This document shows positions 15,142-17,299 of a stretch of 17,299 bases of DNA, one piece after another. The notes below the pieces were generated by a model. That model saw nothing but the letters and a program-made list of their open reading frames with translations, had not been told where the DNA came from and searched no databases. How positions within the stretch are numbered: position 1 is the stretch's first letter; each line of letters begins with the position of its first letter. Source of the stretch: an uncultured bacterium (lineage in GTDB: Bacteria; Hydrogenedentota; Hydrogenedentia; Hydrogenedentales; JAEUWI01); assembly GCA_963977445.1 (NCBI GenBank), contig CAXBPH010000144.1:1-17299 (forward strand), given 5' to 3'. Both the position numbers and the translations under genes were made by a program.

Positions 15142-17299
15142 ATGAGCGGGAACGCGGTACGGCTTGAAGCCATCTCAGAAATTATAAATCAGCAACCAGT
15201 CGCGACGACTGTCCCTTTCACTGAGCTCTCCACGAGCGATATCTTCGGTGAAAACGTCTTCAGTCTTTCGGTCATGCAGAAACGACTGCCAAGGGACACC
15301 TACAAGTCCTTGAAGAAAACCATCGAGTCCGGCATGAAGCTCGATCCCGGTACGGCCAATCTAGTCGCCTCCGAAATGAAATCCTGGGCCCTTGAGCGGG
15401 GCGCGACCCACTACGCCCACGTTTTCTATCCCCTTACCGGTCTGACGGCAGAGAAGCACGACTCCTTCTACACGCCCGACGGTAAAGGTGGCACCTTGGC
15501 GGAATTCGAAGGCAAGACCCTCGTTCAGGGCGAGCCCGACGGCTCCTCCTTCCCCAACGGCGGCATTCGTCAGACTTTCGAAGCCCGTGGTTACACCATT
15601 TGGGACGTAACCAGCCCGGCCTATATCCTTGAAAACCCCAACGGAACCACCCTGTGTATTCCGACGGCCTTCGTTTCCTGGACCGGCGAAGCACTGGACA
15701 AGAAGACGCCGGTACTGCGTTCCATGCAGGCGTTGAACGCGCATGCACAGCGCGTTCTTAAGTTTTTCGGCACGGATGGTGCCTTTGTGGCCTCCACGGC
15801 AGGCGCAGAGCAGGAATATTTCCTCATCGACAAAAACTTTTTCTATGCACGCCCCGACCTCTTGAATGCAGGCCGCACGCTCTTCGGTGCTGCGCCCCCC
15901 AAGGGTCAGGAATTCGACGACCACTATTTCGGCGCGATTCCGGAGCGTGTGCTCGCGTATATGTTCGAAACGGAACGCGAATGCTTCAAACTGGGTATCC
16001 CCGTAAAGACCCGCCACAACGAAGTGGCCCCGGGCCAGTATGAAATTGCACCCGTATTCGAATACTCGAACGTCGCTACGGACCACCAGCAGCTCGTCAT
16101 GGTTACCTTGAAGAAGGTTGCTGAAAAGTATGGTATGGTCTGTCTGATGCACGAGAAGCCCTTCGCCGGTGTGAACGGCTCCGGTAAACACCTGAACTAC
16201 TCCATGGGTTCCGCGGACGCAGGTAACATGTTCGATCCCGGTGATACGCCTTCCGAAAACGCGCAGTTCATTGTATTCTGTGCGGCAATGATTCGGGCCG
16301 TCTACAAGTGGTCCCCCTTGCTTCGTTCCGTGGTGGCCAGTGCCTCCAACGACCACCGTCTTGGTGCCAACGAAGCGCCCCCGGCCATCCTTTCCATCTT
16401 CCTGGGCGACGAGTTGACCGAGGTCATTGAATCGATTGCTACGGGCAAGCCCATCAAGTCCAGAAAGAGTGTGATGCACGTAGGTGCGGATGTTCTTCCG
16501 GGGATTCCACGTGATTCAGGCGACCGGAACCGTACCAGTCCCATGGCCTTCACCGGTAACCGTTTTGAGTTCCGTGCCGTAGGTTCCAACCAGTCCATTG
16601 CTGGTCCGTTGGTTGCAATGAATACGATTATGGCGGAAGCATTGGATTTTTGCGCCACCAAATTGGAAGCCGCCGACACCAGCAGCCCCGAGAAACTCGG
16701 TACGGCCGTGGAAGCACTGGTAAAAGAAATCTATACGGAATGCAAGTCGATCGTCTTCAATGGCGATGGGTATTCTGACGACTGGCAAGTAGAAGCGGCT
16801 AAACGCGGTCTTCCGAATCTGAAGACTACCGCAGATGCCCTTCCCGCGTTGAAGGACAAGGCCGTACAGGATCTCTTCGAGAAGTATGACGTGCTCAGCG
16901 CTCGTGAAACAGAAAGCCGCTACGAAGTCTATGCGGAACAGTACGTCATGAGCATCAACGTCGAATCCAATCTCATGCTTGAGATTGCCAAGACCATGAT
17001 CTTCCCTGCGGCGATTCGCTATCAGGGTGAGCTGGCCACGAGCCTGGCAAATCTGAAGGAAGTTGGCATCGAAACCGATTCCGATACCCTTAAGTACATC
17101 ACGGGGCTGATTGCCACCATGCAGAGCGCAATCAAGGTCCTCACGGAGGCCAAAATTGCAGCGCCCCATGAGCCGGAAGAAGCCTGCAACTACTGCCGGG
17201 ACACGATCATTCCTGCAATGATTGAGCTCCGTACGGTTGCCGACAAGCTGGAAGACATCGTCGCCGATGATCTTTGGCCCCTGCCGACCTACCAGGAAA
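15142..17299 (+). CDS. glnN: Glutamine synthetase type III (3'-partial, runs off the window edge)
   Basis: Missing from the ORF track because there is no stop in the window. SD GGAG at 15133-36, ATG 15142 ([11 protein letters not shown]...). GSIII motifs: [111 protein letters not shown]. It ends [11 protein letters not shown] after 719 codons, near the usual GSIII C-terminus. Confidence 0.96.
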   Translation, partial: MSGNAVRLEAISEIINQQPVATTVPFTELSTSDIFGENVFSLSVMQKRLPRDTYKSLKKTIESGMKLDPGTANLVASEMKSWALERGATHYAHVFYPLTGLTAEKHDSFYTPDGKGGTLAEFEGKTLVQGEPDGSSFPNGGIRQTFEARGYTIWDVTSPAYILENPNGTTLCIPTAFVSWTGEALDKKTPVLRSMQALNAHAQRVLKFFGTDGAFVASTAGAEQEYFLIDKNFFYARPDLLNAGRTLFGAAPPKGQEFDDHYFGAIPERVLAYMFETERECFKLGIPVKTRHNEVAPGQYEIAPVFEYSNVATDHQQLVMVTLKKVAEKYGMVCLMHEKPFAGVNGSGKHLNYSMGSADAGNMFDPGDTPSENAQFIVFCAAMIRAVYKWSPLLRSVVASASNDHRLGANEAPPAILSIFLGDELTEVIESIATGKPIKSRKSVMHVGADVLPGIPRDSGDRNRTSPMAFTGNRFEFRAVGSNQSIAGPLVAMNTIMAEALDFCATKLEAADTSSPEKLGTAVEALVKEIYTECKSIVFNGDGYSDDWQVEAAKRGLPNLKTTADALPALKDKAVQDLFEKYDVLSARETESRYEVYAEQYVMSINVESNLMLEIAKTMIFPAAIRYQGELATSLANLKEVGIETDSDTLKYITGLIATMQSAIKVLTEAKIAAPHEPEEACNYCRDTIIPAMIELRTVADKLEDIVADDLWPLPTYQE

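Noticed and set aside
15361..17169. Minus-strand ORFs of 372, 125 and 217 aa
   Set aside because: They are antisense to the clear GSIII gene, which the ORF track omits only because its stop is outside the window.

Overview
GC-rich bacterial window with three parts. (1) A minus-strand two-gene DNA-repair operon: an MrfA/YprA-type DExH helicase with a C-terminal Cys cluster (DUF1998-type), then an MrfB/YprB-type DEDD exonuclease with a TPR-like tail. A sigma70-like promoter precedes it, and its -10 is overlapped by an ACTGA-N8-TCAGT palindrome. (2) A plus-strand surface-protein region: a 2213-aa secreted protein (signal peptide, calcineurin-like metallophosphoesterase, PKD/Ig-like domains, three TSP3-like + beta-helix modules, (GE)23, an EF-hand pair, (GE)5, C-terminal tail); a NagD-family HAD phosphatase; and a broken gene (no 5' end, in-frame TGA, frameshift). 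(3) A type III glutamine synthetase that runs off the window end and is missing from the ORF track, preceded by a sigma54 -24/-12 promoter. The best candidate for an undescribed system is a shared C-terminal tail on the two otherwise unrelated surface proteins: (GE)n-SGC-x2-S-x-KS-...-DLF-hydrophobic-Arg, alignable without gaps. It looks like a Cys-containing C-terminal sorting/anchoring signal analogous to MYXO-CTERM. From recollection the (GE)n/EF-hand style fits Candidatus Hydrogenedentes, but this is unverified. All family assignments come from motif reading only; no searches were run.
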